From Chlorokybus atmophyticus (lineage: Eukaryota; Plantae; Mesostigma and Chlorokybus algae): 64,000 nt of DNA. Below the pieces are notes generated by a model. It did not search any database, was not told the origin of the DNA, and saw only the letters and a program-made list of their open reading frames with translations. Position 1 is the first letter of the stretch, and each line of letters begins with the position of its first letter. Below are positions 48,785 through 60,869 of the stretch, one piece after another. Both the position numbers and the translations under genes were made by a program. The stretch is from assembly GCA_009103225.1 (NCBI GenBank), contig RHPI01002630.1, positions 19,285 through 83,284 on the forward strand, given 5' to 3'.

Positions 48785-49830
48785 GTGGAGCCCACCACCA
48801 TTGCGTACGGACCAGGGGGGCAACGCACCACGCGCGTGGCACGCGATGCTCGCATCTTGCCCCTACCACCTCCAGAGTACCACACGCTGCCGGAACCCAC
48901 ACAACAGCAGCTTGAGGATGAAATCCTCGCCGGCACTGCACCAGAGATGAGGGATCGTCTTATCGGGGTCACCTACCGGCGACCTGCAGTATTGGAGCTG
49001 GCCATCCAGTTGTTCCTGGCATTACACGCACCATTGCAGGGCGCACTCAGTCAAACGCGGCAACCCATGCCCGCTCAACAGATCGACTTTGAGCCCTCGC
49101 CACTGGACCCACTCGGCCTCCAGCGACACAAAATACAAGACCTCGTGGTCACCATGTCTGACATCGCGCTGGGCGCTGATCCCGCTCTCCGGGGGCTCAC
49201 TCCAGGCAATCGTCAAGAGCGTTTCTCTGCCCTCGAACAGGCCCATTGTTATCGGGTGGACCAAGCTGCCCAAGTGGACGCGCGCCGACAAGCGTACGAA
49301 GCAGCACACGCCGTTATCATACCAACCGTAGCGCCGGCAAATGTTGTCAGCGCCTCCACGGCGCTGACCACAGAGTACTCCACGGCAGTCGCCATCGAAC
49401 AGCCAGGACACGCAACTGTTGCAGACCAAGCGAGGGCGTTGGCACAACAATTGAGGGGGGTAATCGCCCCGCTGCTGCCTCCTTTGGTCGAAGACATGCC
49501 TGAGGATCAACGCGATGCAGGGCGAGGGTACCTCACCCCGCAAGGGGACACCACACAACGAGGAGGAGCTGGTATGGTGGGGGAGCAACAACTCCGTACC
49601 GCACTCATCCGGCAAGCAGTCATGTTGCACAGGCCTGAGGGCAACACATTAAGATAGATGATGGGGATGCGAGAGGGCAGCGCCGCTCGAGCCCGTCTCG
49701 TGACATGGCTCGTTGCCAATCACCCTGCTGTCCCCCTGTTTGCCTTTGGCAACCGAGCATCATGGTTGGGGGCATTCGTTCGTTCGCTGCGACAAGCATA
49801 CGACGAGGCTGCCACCACACACATGGCGCC
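48785..49830 (+). pseudogene. Continuation of the gypsy ORF (unknown domain between gag and protease); resumes at 60134 after the CACTA insertion
   Basis: Same frame as gag with single stops at 48749 and 49655; helical, protein-like sequence; empty site CACATGGCGCCGAGTGAC can be reconstructed. Confidence 0.55.
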
Positions 49831-50975
49831 TGCAGTGCGTGCCGTTCACGGCACAAGCAGCCAACTTCTTCGGCGCAGACGGCACAACCAGGCTGTGCCG
49901 TCGGGACTTCCTGGTAAAAAAAGCCGTCCGCGGTCGGTACGCAGACTGCAGTCTTGTGCCGGCGTCGGCGCCTTTGCTCCCTTGTGCCATTGACGGCACA
50001 AGACAGTCCAAGCTAAAGTCGGCACAACAGAGCTGGTGCCGTGATCGGTACAAGGTCCACATCCCGATCACGGCACGAGACTAGCGATCCGTTGACGGTT
50101 CGTCAATCATTGTGCCGCTACCGGTGCAGAAAACTTATGCCGAGAGCGGCACAGTGAACTTGTACCGTAGCAAGCAGCAGCCTTCTCTCCTCCTGCGCTG
50201 TGACCGGCAGCGGATTACATCAGTGGCTTGTGCCAAGAACGGCACAACACACTCGTACCGACCAGCAGCCTTGGAGCTGAGCTGAGCTGGGTCGGAGCGG
50301 ATGCTGAGCTGCATGCTTGGAGGAAGAGAAGGAGGCGGCGGCGCGAGCTGCTGCTGCTGAGCTACTTGGAGAAGCCAGTGAGCTACTGCTGCTGCTGCTG
50401 CTGAGCTGCTCTTGAGAAGTAGCGAGCTGCTTATGAGAAGAAGCTGCTCATACCAAGAAGCAGATCCGGCAAAATCGCACAGCAGCTAGAGCTGGAGCTG
50501 AGCTGCGGCAGGTTGGATGAAGCTGTATCTGGATTCGTGGATTCTTGAGGACAGTGGCTGAGCTGCTGCTGCGGAGCGGAGCTACTGCTGCTGCAAAGCG
50601 GAAGAGCTGCTGCTGCGAAGCAAAACTGCTGCTGCTGCGGAGCGGAGCTGCTGACAAGCTGCTGGGGAGAAGGAGCTGTTTCTGCTCACGAGCTCTTGCT
50701 GGTAAGGCCTATGCTAGCTTGTTATTGTTGCTTGATTTGCTCTATCAGTGAGGCTTGGTCGAGAGTGTCTCCCTTACAGCCTGTTAGCTTGCTGCTGGGC
50801 GTCTTGCATTCAGTCTCACTTGTTCAAGGTGAATGCTTGTAGTCGCTCCGTTTTCGTTTGCTAAATCCAAGATATCAGTGACCGCTGCTGCCAATTATTA
50901 GCCCCCAAGTTGTCCGTCATATGCTGTCACTGTTAGCAGTAATCAAGTCCGACTTACACGCTATCATCTGCAGCC

Positions 50976-53146
50976 ATGGCAGGACGCATTGTTCAACAGT
51001 CTGCTGTTCTGCGCGAGCGTGAGCAGTTCGATGAAACGCTTGCACTAATCAAGCATGCTGGTGGGAAGCCACGCAAAGCCAGTGTACGTGCTAAACGGTC
51101 ACTGCTTAAAGAGATGAGGGCCGCCCAGCAAGCGCGTCCAACACACATCAGCCCGCACCTCACTGGAGGAGGAGGTGATTTGCAGCTGCCTGCACCTGCG
51201 TCTGCCTTTGAGCATGAGCCTGCACCTGCGTCTGCTTTGGAGCCCGAACCTGCACCTGCGTCTGCCTTGGAGCCCGAGCTTGCGCCTGAAGATCAACCAC
51301 ACCTGTCCAACCAGCAGACAGCAGAACAATCTTCTCCAGAGATGCCGGACTTTGGAGCCGCCGAGCAATCTGATCATGGCAACCAAGAGCCTGAGCCTGA
51401 GCAGCCTCCAACCTTCAGTCGCGACCTTTGCCTCTGCTCCAAGTGCAAAGGCTTGGTAAGTTGCTTCGCTTGGCCTGCGCTGATGAACAAGTGACCATGC
51501 ATGCACGTTGCTTACACACCCTTACTGTGTCGTAGATCATGCAGCCGCGCTTGGTCATTGATGCGCACTTAGCCAAAGACCAGGCGGCCAGACGGCTGAG
51601 GAGCATTCCCACTGTGCAACCCACTTTGGACAGCTTTTATGCAGACAAGTTGCCTGATCTGCAGCAAACGTCTACAGCTTACCTGAACAAGATAATCGAG
51701 ATCTCATCCATCCTAGACGAAGCTGGAGTCTCGCAGGACTGCTTCAACAAACTGCTCCCTGTCCTCTTTAAGGGCGAAAGCTCCCTGATGGCTTTGGCTA
51801 AGAAGGGATTGTTCGATGAGAAGAGCGAAGGCTTCAAGCTGCCTACTACTTGCAAGAGCCTGATTGGCATGTTTGAGCGCATGGGGATGCCTTCAACACT
51901 GCATTATTCTGTCTGTGCCTGCGGCCACCTGTTCGACAAGCCCTATCCAAATGCTGAGCTCGTTGTGCAAGACGAAGACTCGGTGCGCTCCAGCTACCGG
52001 CAGCGCGAGAAGGAGCGCAAGGCCATGGCAAAAGAACAGTGCCCAGACTGCAGTCAGAAACGCAAGGAAGGCACGAGTTTCTACTACCTCCCTCTCAGGT
52101 CAAGGTTGCAGCTTATGTTGGGCATGCCAACCTTTTGTCATCAATGGCTCCAGGCCTGGCTGCACCGGGAGCGGTGGCTTGACAAAGATCCAGCAGTACC
52201 TCCTGCCAGTCAACATGAAGTCTGGGTTGGAACTCGTATGAGAGAGATCTCCGACTTCTTCAACCCCAAGAAGACCTACTGGCTGCCAGTTTGTGTTCTA
52301 CTGTGCAGAACAGAGTCGCCCCTAGGCATTGATAACGTTGTAACAGACGACCACAGTTACATTGCTGTGAAGCAAGTATTTGTGCATATCTACAAGAAGA
52401 AGCCTCAAGTCTTCATTGCTGGTCGCCAATACGTCAAGTACACAGACACGACTGGTGCCTTGTCCCGTGACCTTGACACAAGGTCGGCCCTGGTGAAGGC
52501 TTTGAGCTCCGACGAAGTATGTATTCCAGCTGACAGACTCCTGCGAAAGTTCATGCTGCTGCCCAGTCGGCAGACCAAAGTTGGTTCCAAGGCTGACAGA
52601 GCTCCGCAACTAGCATATGATCTGCAGAACCCTGACCTGCATGTCAAGGCCGGCGATGTTGATGTCCCCTTCTGGCCTAAAGTCGGCGAGGTGGTGCAAA
52701 TACGCGATCAAGCCAAGTCCGTTTGAGACTTGAAGTTGCCCACAGAACCTGCAAACGAGTTCTGCATGGAGTTGCAGGAGCAACTCAACGACAGCAATGC
52801 ACGCGCAACCCAGCAGCCACGTCGCAGTAAGAGAGCAAACACGCGCAAGGCACCTGCCGTGGATGAAGACTCACAAGAAGACGCCTGCGACGAGGATGAT
52901 CCCGGACCTTGGTATGCTGTGGTTAGGAACATATTAGAGGAGGACAAGCAGGTTGAGGTCGATTACCTTACACGCATCGCGCCCGGTGTCTGGAGGGTGA
53001 ACGACAACCACACTGGCGAAGTTGTCGGGAGGCTTACCTTGTGCAAGCTCATGCATTGGGTCAAGCTTGATCATGATACTTGGCGCGAGCAGGGCCGGTC
53101 CTACCCTCACATCAGCAAGTTTTGCAACTACCATGTGTACGCGTAA
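50976..53146 (+). pseudogene. CACTA Tnp2-type transposase gene lacking the catalytic core
   Basis: Intron 51456-51535 joins CLCSKCKGL|IMQPRLVIDAHL (transposase-associated Cys/His motif); LPTTC...YSVCACGHLF...CPDC...FYYLPLRSRLQLML; then jumps near 52290 to a BAH-like C-terminal region; TGA at 52724. Confidence 0.7.
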
Positions 53147-53269
53147 TTAAGGTGAGCTGTGCCTTGGCATGCAGTCTGGTATTAAGCAGAAAAGGGCTTG
53201 TATATATGTACAGCAGCATCACTGTAAGTCGCTCCTAAGCCACGCAATCTACACATAACTATCACCAAA

Positions 53270-56200
53270 CTAGTGCGTGTTGCAGCGTGGAGGACCACCT
53301 CGTCGTCTCGTTGGAGGTTCAGCTTCTTGTCCGCCAGTGGACTCTGCTGAAGATCCATGCATGACCAGCGAGAAGCCCCTACCTCTACCTCTGTGCCCAT
53401 GTCCACGTGGAGCAGAAGGCAGCAGAGCAGGACGAGCAGCTGGAGGTGTAGTATCCTCGGGAATCGCAGGCAAAGGCATGGCTCCTCTACCTCCAGGCAG
53501 CAGAGCGGGAATAGCAATGAGAGGTGAAGAAGGCATTGGAACTGCTTCCATTGCTTGAGGCACAACGTAGGTTGGAGACACTTGCAACCTATTGAGCTGT
53601 GCGCGGTAAGCTGTGATCTCTCTCTCTCGCTCTTGAAGCTGTGCTCTGTACCTCCTGATCTGCCTGTTACGCTCCTCTACTTGTTCCCTGATTAACTCCG
53701 ACATGTTGCTCCGCCAGGCCTGCAACGTCCTGAACTGCCTGACACGCTCCTGGTACCTCTGTTGCAGATCTGACATTTGCCTCATGAGGTCAAAATCTTG
53801 AACTGGGTTTTGTGGGGGTGCTGGCACTATCTGCTGCTGCTGCTGCAGCTGCTGCTGCGCCAGATACTCCTCTAGCGCGAGGAATGCGTTTCCCGGGGGA
53901 ACCCCCAGCACCTCCTCCTCCTCCTGCTCCTCATCCTCGCCGGCTTCTGCAACCACAGCAACCGATCACCTTTCACAAGCTCACAAGCAGGTACAAATCT
54001 CCATCTTCTGAGCTAATCTTACTGGACCTACCCTCCATGTGTTCTTGGAATTCGGATTCTTTCTCTTGCTAACACACGTAAACAAGCTCAGTCTCTCCTA
54101 CAGTCTCTCCTACAGTCTCTCCTGCAGTCTCACACATTCACTGATAAAAACTTACGAGCAGGAGCTGTTGTGGCAGCGGGAGCGGGAGCTGTCGTGGCAG
54201 CCGGAGCGGGTTCTTTCTCCTCGTCCTCGTCACTGGAAGATTGTTCTTCCTGCTCTTGTTCTTCCGACGCAGTTAAAGTAGCGGAAGGTGAAGGCTGTGA
54301 GGTCCCCGCAGCAGAATCTGAAGGCTGTGGGGCCACGGTCACCCCTAATAGCGCAGCCTCCTGCTGTAGCCGTAACAGCGCCTCCTCCCTCCTTTTTTTC
54401 TCCTCCTGCTCCCTCCTCTTTCTCGTCTCCTCCTCCAGCCTCCTCTTCCGCTCCTCCGCCTGCTGCTCCTTTTCTTCCTCTTCATCCACCGGCGTCTTCA
54501 AGACGAACCCTAAGCGCGCAGCCTCCTGTTGTAGCCGTGCGACCGCCTCCTGTCTCTTCCTCTCCTCCTCCTCCTTCCTCTTCCTCTCCTCCTCCTCCTT
54601 CTTCTTCCTCTCCTCCTCCTCCTTCTTCTTCCTCTCCTCCTCCTCCTCCTCCTGCCTCTTCCTTTCTGCCTCCTCCTCCTGCCTCCTCCTCTCCTCCTCC
54701 AGCTCCTGCTGGCTCCTCGCCTCCACCTCCATCGCCTCGGGTCCCGGCAGAGAATGGAAGCTACTTGTTGAAGCTTGTTGAAGACCACCCGCCAGCATAC
54801 GCCTGATCTCCAAGAGGTGCTGCTCGTTGATCTTTACGGTGTTATGGGTCTCGCGCAGCAGAGCTGAGGGAGTGTTTGCCTCTTTGCGTAATCTGTCCTC
54901 CAGCACCTTGCGCTCTTTCTCCAGCTTTTCGCGTGCAGTGCGCAGCTCCTTGTGCTCCCTGGCAGCTTCTTTCAGAAGAGCCTTGGCTGCTGCCTGCAAG
55001 CACATACAACTCAAGGTGAGTGTACCAGTCAGTGTATCCCCTGCAGAATGCACAAAGAGTAAACACACCAAAGACCTTGTCCAAGTCTAGCTGTTTTCTT
55101 TCAGTCTTCAAGATTTCACGACAAGAATTCATGTTGTCAAGAACAGTCAGCGACTGTGATCTCTCCGTTTGGATGGTGTTCCGCAATTGTTGCAAGCTCT
55201 GTTTTTCCTCAGCTGCAAGGTCTAGCATTCTCTCCACGCGTTTAGACACTAAAGACATCTTCTTGACAGCCTGTGCCATTCGTAAATGCACCAATGAAGC
55301 GCAAACTGAAGCAATCAAGACCGGGTTGTGGACTTACCTCGTTCAAGTTGTCCACAAGCTCCTCGGTGGCCAGCACCATGTCCCAGGTAGGGTGTGCCAG
55401 TTCTGTGGGCTTGACATGCGCCTGCAGGGCAGATGCATTCAGTCAGTCAGTGTGCATCCGTCAGACCCTACATCCACAAGCTTGGCTGCATGTAGCTGCT
55501 TGCTTACACTTCCAGACCGCGTTGCTTTGGTAGACTTTGCTGGCGTTTGTGGAACTGAAGGCTGGCCGTTCTTCTTGGAGGATGATTCTTGTCTTGGCTT
55601 TTTTGCTGGGGTCTCAGCTGCTGGTGGTTCCTCCTCCTCTGATTCCTCCTCATCCGACACCTCCTGCTCCTCCTCCTGCTCCTCCTCCTTCCCCTTGTCC
55701 TTCTGCTCTGATGCAGCTGGATTGGGAGGATGCGTGTACACCCATTTGTGCCCGGTTGAAGTCTTCTCCAGCTTCCATCCTTCGGGGGGGCCGCTAGGTC
55801 CCCAATCTTCCGGTTTTGCCAAGTGCTCACCATCCTGTATGGGTAGTTACTTCAGCTTTAAAGATACATAAACAGACAGAGATGCATACACAGACAGAGA
55901 TACATACAGCTAGCAGCAGCATACCTACAGCAGCAGCATACATACAGATAGCAGCTTGAACACAGACAATAAAACTTGCAAAAATGCAGCTATGTAAGCA
56001 TGAACCAAGCAAGCTCACCTTTATCTGCTGCACAACTTGGTCGGTGAGCTGCTGCAACTCGGAGCCGTGAGGGAGCTTCTCCTTGGGCGTTGCTCCTGGC
56101 AGTTTCTCAAACTGTTCAGGGCCCACACGAATCTTGGTGCAGGTGAGGGAGCCAATGTGCTGCTTGACCTTGCTGACAACGGACCTCTGCAACAAGACTT

Positions 56201-56273
56201 GACAATATTTGCAGCGCCAAGGCTGCTCTGCACCAGACTGCCAGTATGCACTAGCCTCTGCCTTGCCCTTCAT
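53270..56273 (-). CDS. Multi-exon cargo gene: BED-like zinc finger, short Trp-containing module, long Glu/Arg/Lys coiled coils
   Basis: ATG 56273, WRCKYCQVLL...SKVKQHIGSLTC; GT-AG introns 56018-55835 and 55507-55422 restore the frame (QQIK|DGEHL, SGS|AHVKP); PPEGWKLEKTSTGHKWVYTHP; (EEEERKKK)n repeats 54560-54710. The 3' exon structure is less certain. Confidence 0.6.
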
Positions 56274-56406
56274 GCTTGCTATGCTCAATACGCTGCAACA
56301 GCTCAACGCTTCACAAACCGAGGCCACCAAGCACGCCGCCGCCACACACAGGAATAGCCGTTGTATGTCCTATGTATGCTGCTGTGGCTATTTATTACTC
56401 AGGAAT

Positions 56407-56435
56407 CCTAACCCTAACCCTAACCCTACCCTAAC
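56407..56435. promoter_or_regulatory. Telomere-like (CCCTAA)n tract between the two divergent cargo genes
   Basis: CCTAACCCTAACCCTAACCCTACCCTAAC; regulatory role inferred from position only. Confidence 0.45.
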
Positions 56436-56686
56436 TTGTGCGCAGCTGACTTCTGCGCAGTAAGACTCCGAAGAAGCACAGCTGTCCGCAGTGCTTCGGC
56501 GACAGCGGTGGCGGCGGCGGAGGTGGCGGTAGTGAAGGTGGTGGCGAGAGTGAAATCGGTGGTTGACTGTTTTGCGTCTTGGCGTTTCCGGGCCTACTTG
56601 CTAGGTTGCGGTGCTGGAAGCTGTTTCTAGCTGCTACCAAGCTGCAAAGTTGTGTGCTGCTCTCAAGCACAATGTCAGTGTATAGG

Positions 56687-59280
56687 ATGAGCGTTGAGCT
56701 TATCTCCAAACGGGTAGCTAAATTGTTGAGAGGGGTTCCAAGTGCACAAGCAATAGCGGAGAAGTTCAAGGAGGAAGAGATTGATGGTGAAGCTTACTAC
56801 AGCCTCTCAGCAGAAATTCTTGCACAGATCACACCTAGGCTGAGCATTGCTTCGCGGATCCTTGAAGACGTGCAGAAGTTAAACAGGGATGAGCCGAGGT
56901 TGCAAGCTGAAGATGAAGAGGAGCAAGACGAGGCGGGAGCACAACCTGGGGACACAGGTGTGCTTGCTTTCAACTAGTCTGCTGCCAAGCTGCTGGTGCA
57001 ACTTAATTGCTCCTGCAGCTGAAGCTCTGCTTGCTTATTGGTATGCTTTGGTCTGCAGCTTCAGTCAAGCTGAAATTACAACTGAATTGAACCTGCGGCT
57101 TGGCTGAAGCTGCAGCTTGAGTAAAAGCTGCATATCGGCTTTCTGCCAAGCAGAGCCTCAGCCAAGCCACAGCTGCAGTTTAGCTGAAGTGGTAGGTTGG
57201 GTGAAGCTCTACTTGCTGTATTTTGTACGCTTCGGTCTGCAGCTTCAGTTAAGCAACAGCGTTAGCCAAGCCGCAACTGCAACATAGCTGAAGCTGCAGC
57301 TTGGCTAAAGCTCTGCTTGCTTTGCTCTCTTTTGCAAGTGCCATGCGCTAACTGTTGGCCTTGTGCGCAGGAGCTGTTGTTGAAGTTAACTGCGAAGACG
57401 AGTCAGAGGCAGTCAAGAAGGCAAAGCTGCAGGAAAAGTCCTTTGCCCCTGTCGCTGATAAGCCTAGGGGACTAGAGCAAAATGGGCAAGCTTACTTGAA
57501 GAAGAAGGACGAGACACAGTGGAGAATACAGGAGGACAACCGCAAGCTTCTAAAGGAGAAGCTGTGGGCCAAGTTCCCAGACCACTGTGTTGGCAGGAGC
57601 TTCAATCGGGCCGGCCCAGATTATGACATGAGGGAGGAGGTGGTGGCGGATGTAATGCAGAATCACACTCCGCTGGAGATCAACGGACAGACATTGCGCT
57701 GGCCTGCAAGTAAGTAATCTGCGTCTGCCTATGTGCATGTGCGTTTATATGCCACCTGCCAGATGTCTTGTGCTTCCTGCAGAATGACTGCTCACTGCCT
57801 CTTGTTTGCAGAATGGATTCGTGAGCAAATCCGCCGGTTTGTGGATAATGCAAGACGGGGCCATCCATTAACGCCAGGCGAAACGGTAGGCTTGACCCGT
57901 GAGCAGCGCAAGGAGAAGATGCGCGCTGCACGCGCTGAGAAGCGCGCTAACGCAGAGGAGCCAGCTCCACGCCGCTCGCACACAGACTACGGGCTTGGCC
58001 CACATTTCACCGTTGCAGACTTTCCCTCCAGCCAAAATGCTGTGCTGCTTGCCTTGTTGACTGCTGAGCCGCCTTCTCAAGCGCAGCTGCGTGAGGACTG
58101 GGTGGCTTTCAGGTACGCTATTTATCCTCTTGCACAAGGCTTTGCACCCGCACTCGTAAGGAATTCAAATGCGGCTGGTGCTGCAGACCCGCAGGAGATG
58201 CTGCAAGCACCAGCGGCAGCAGCAGCCACAGGGTTGTGGCTGTTGGGCGCGGTCAAGTATTGGAGGTGCTTGAGCAAGAGACTCCTTGGCGCAGCTACAA
58301 AGTGAAGGTGCTGGAGTGGTTCAACGCCAAGGGTATCGGTGATCAACGCGTCTACATGCCAGTACGTGACACGGACGGGTATGCTGGCCAGCTGACCGGG
58401 GACGAGCACTTGTGCAGCAATATCTTGGTGAGCGTAGTAGAGTGTGTGCTGCGGCACAGCACATTGCAAGCGTAACTGCAAGGAAGATTATATGCGTGAC
58501 ATGCAATGCGGCTGCTTGAGTGATGCAGGGACGCAGTTGTGCTTGGCCTGCATCCTTGGTAGCCCCGTCTGCAGTCTGCCCTTGCTCAGACTGCTCTTCA
58601 GGCGACTGCATTGCAGAAGTCACCCCAAGATGCGTTCGCGCGCTCGTGGTTGACAAGCGCGTGCAGCCAGAAGNCCAGCATGACATCAATCAAAGGGTAA
58701 GAACGTTGCAGTGGGTTGTAACGTGTGCAGCATGCTTGCATGATGCACACTTGTAACAATTCTTGCTTGCAGATCAATCGTTGCTCTGACCACCTCATGC
58801 ACTTGGCTGGAGCAGAAGTCACCCCAAGATGCGTGCGCGCTCGTGGTTGACAAGCGCGTGCAGCCAGAAGACCAGCATGACATCAATCAAAGGGTAAGAA
58901 CGTTGCAGTGGGTCGTAACGTGTGCAGCATGCTTGCATGATGCACACTTGTAACAATTCTTGCTTGCAGATCAGTCGTTGCTCTGACCACCTCATGCACT
59001 TGGCTGGCATCTGCTGCAATACCTTTTGCGCCAATGTTCCCAACCGCGAGAGCTTGCTGGAGGTGTACACTTCCTGGAGGGGGACATACGGGACGCAGAT
59101 TGGGAGGCTGCCGAAATAGGACCATCTGCTTGCAAAGTTCACTAACTCGCAGATCGGTCTCATGCTTGTTACATTTGCAGTCAACAAGCGCTGGCTGGTA
59201 CAGGATGACTCTGGAGAAGCACGCTATGGCTGGCACTGGAATAGTCAAGCCAAGCGCCAACCCGGTCCATAATTGGGTAC
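56687..59280 (+). pseudogene. Multi-exon cargo gene: SAM domain, BEN-like helical domain, beta-rich domain, truncated Ulp1-like protease
   Basis: Exons 56687-56957, 57371-57709, 57812-58112, 58232-58427 splice in frame at GT-AG. SAM: IAEKFKEEEIDGEAYYSLSAEILAQI...IASRILEDVQKL. BEN-like: WPA|KWIREQIRRFVDNARR. Ulp1-like: HDINQR|ISRCSDHLMHL...LVTFAVNKRWLVQDDSGEARYGWHW. Stops in the 3' part. Confidence 0.55.
58613..59006 (+). repeat. Tandem duplication, period 199 bp, of an exon-intron-exon unit
   Basis: GCAGAAGTCACCCCAAG...GGGTAAG...TTGCAGATC...CACTTGGCTG at 58613 and 58812. Confidence 0.9.
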
Positions 59281-59676
59281 CAAGCTGAAGACCTTCGCTC
59301 ATCTTTCTTGCAGCAACCAGTCTAGCTTTCATGCAGCTTCCTTGCAGCCGCCAGTCTAGCTTCCTGCTAAAAGTCTAACTTCTTGTTAGCAGTTTAGCTT
59401 GCTACCAGCAGTTAGCTTCCTGGTAGTAATTAGCTTCTTGCAAACAATTGGAGCCTATTCTAGTACTAGTTAAGAGTACAAGGTACAATGTAACTTCCAT
59501 TTGAGGTTAAGATTTCTTTACCAGGAAAACTGCCTGCAATTTGCCTGCATATGCCTGCTATATTGTGCTGCTAATTGTGGAATGAAGATGGCTGGGCCGT
59601 TATCGGCATGACTGCTGGTCCACCGAGGTCGACACACCAAAAGCTGTGCCGTCAACGGCACGACTGCTGCTGCTGC

Positions 59677-59951
59677 TGTGCCGACGTCGGCAGAAGTGTT
59701 ACTGTGCCGAAGATGGCAGAAGCGCTGTTGTGCCGAAGTCGGCAGAAGTGCTATTGTGCCGAAAACGGCAGGATCGTTGCTGTGCCAAAGACGGTAGGAT
59801 CGCTGCTGTGCCGAAGTCGGCAGAAGTGCTATTGTGCAGAAGACGGCATAAGCGCTGCTGTGCCGAAGACGGTGGGGTCGCAGCTGTGCCAAAGACGGCA
59901 GAAGCGCTGCTGTGCCGAAGACGTTAGAGGTACTGCTGTGCCGAGGTCGGC
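59677..59951. repeat. Subterminal tandem array, 11 copies of a 26-bp unit
   Basis: Consensus TGTGCCGAAGACGGCAGAAGCGCTGC, starting every 26 bp from 59677 to 59937; each has a TGCCG-AAGA-CGGCA mini-hairpin. Confidence 0.9.
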
Positions 59952-60869
59952 CCAACGCAGTTTGCCTCGTCAGCGGCAGTAACCAGCTTGTGCCGGCTGA
60001 CAGATGGTGACTTACGATCCTCTGCCGGCACAAAGCGACTTGTGCCGTCTTGGGAAAAGAACTGCTCGCAGAACTTGAAGGCAGGTGCCGCTGACGGCAC
60101 AACTGGCTTGTGCCGAGAACGGATTCTGCTGCAGGCGCCGAGTGACAGCCCCGGACACGCTGGAGGGAGTGCAAGAGGCAATGCTGCGGCTGCCAGGGGT
60201 GGAAGCCGCACGGCAACGGCGGCGCATCGCCATTGCTCATGAGCTACACGCACAGCAGACTGACCTCCAGCGCACCCTACGCGCGCGCGCCATGACCGTG
60301 CTCGATGTGGGAGTGGTACAAGGAAGGTGGGATGCCTACATGGCAAGGATCTTGCGAGTCCCCACCATCACTCACGACATGCGGCGACAGCTACTACGCG
60401 CCGTATACCTGCAGCCCATGCCTCAATATCATCATTGGATCGACACGGACATCGAACCCACGGCCACGTGGGAAGGGACATTGGTCAGAGAAGCGGCTCA
60501 TGCTGTCCAATGGACGTACGCCGCGGAGCAAGCTGAACGCGAGGCAGGCCACAAACACCGGGTCCGCCGGGGTTTCCTCCACAGCCATTCGGTACACCCG
60601 CGGGCATGATTCCAGCTTCGCAAAGGCGGCATCCACCTGCGCCGCCACCACAACCAGCGCTGGAACCTCCAGCACCGAGGCCCCCCCGTGTCTACCAACC
60701 ACCACGACAAGGTCGGTTCGGCAGAGGGAGAGGCCAAGGCGGGGATTCTCCGGACTCAGCAGGCAGAGGAGCTCTGGCTGCCATGCGCTCAGCACCCCCA
60801 GCCGAGAGAACTGAGTCAAAGGTGCAGACAGCTCGTATCTAGAGGCTGCGTATCGACGCCAACGCTGCC

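Larger units (their letters stand above)
49831..60133 (+). mobile_element. Internally deleted CACTA-like DNA transposon, 10.3 kb, with two cargo genes, inserted in the gypsy ORF
   Basis: Imperfect 28-bp TIRs (49831-49858 vs 60106-60133, 21/28), GGCGCC directly flanking both ends, subterminal TGCCG..CGGCA motifs at both ends, Tnp2-type N-terminus inside. Confidence 0.75.

Noticed and set aside
54170-54806. Poly-Ser and poly-Pro ORFs on the plus strand
   Set aside because: Antisense shadows of the Glu/Lys/Arg repeat exon on the minus strand.
59677-59951. Regular 26-bp hairpin repeats as a CRISPR array
   Set aside because: Units are contiguous with no unique spacers, there are no cas genes, the context is eukaryotic, and the position fits a transposon subterminal array.
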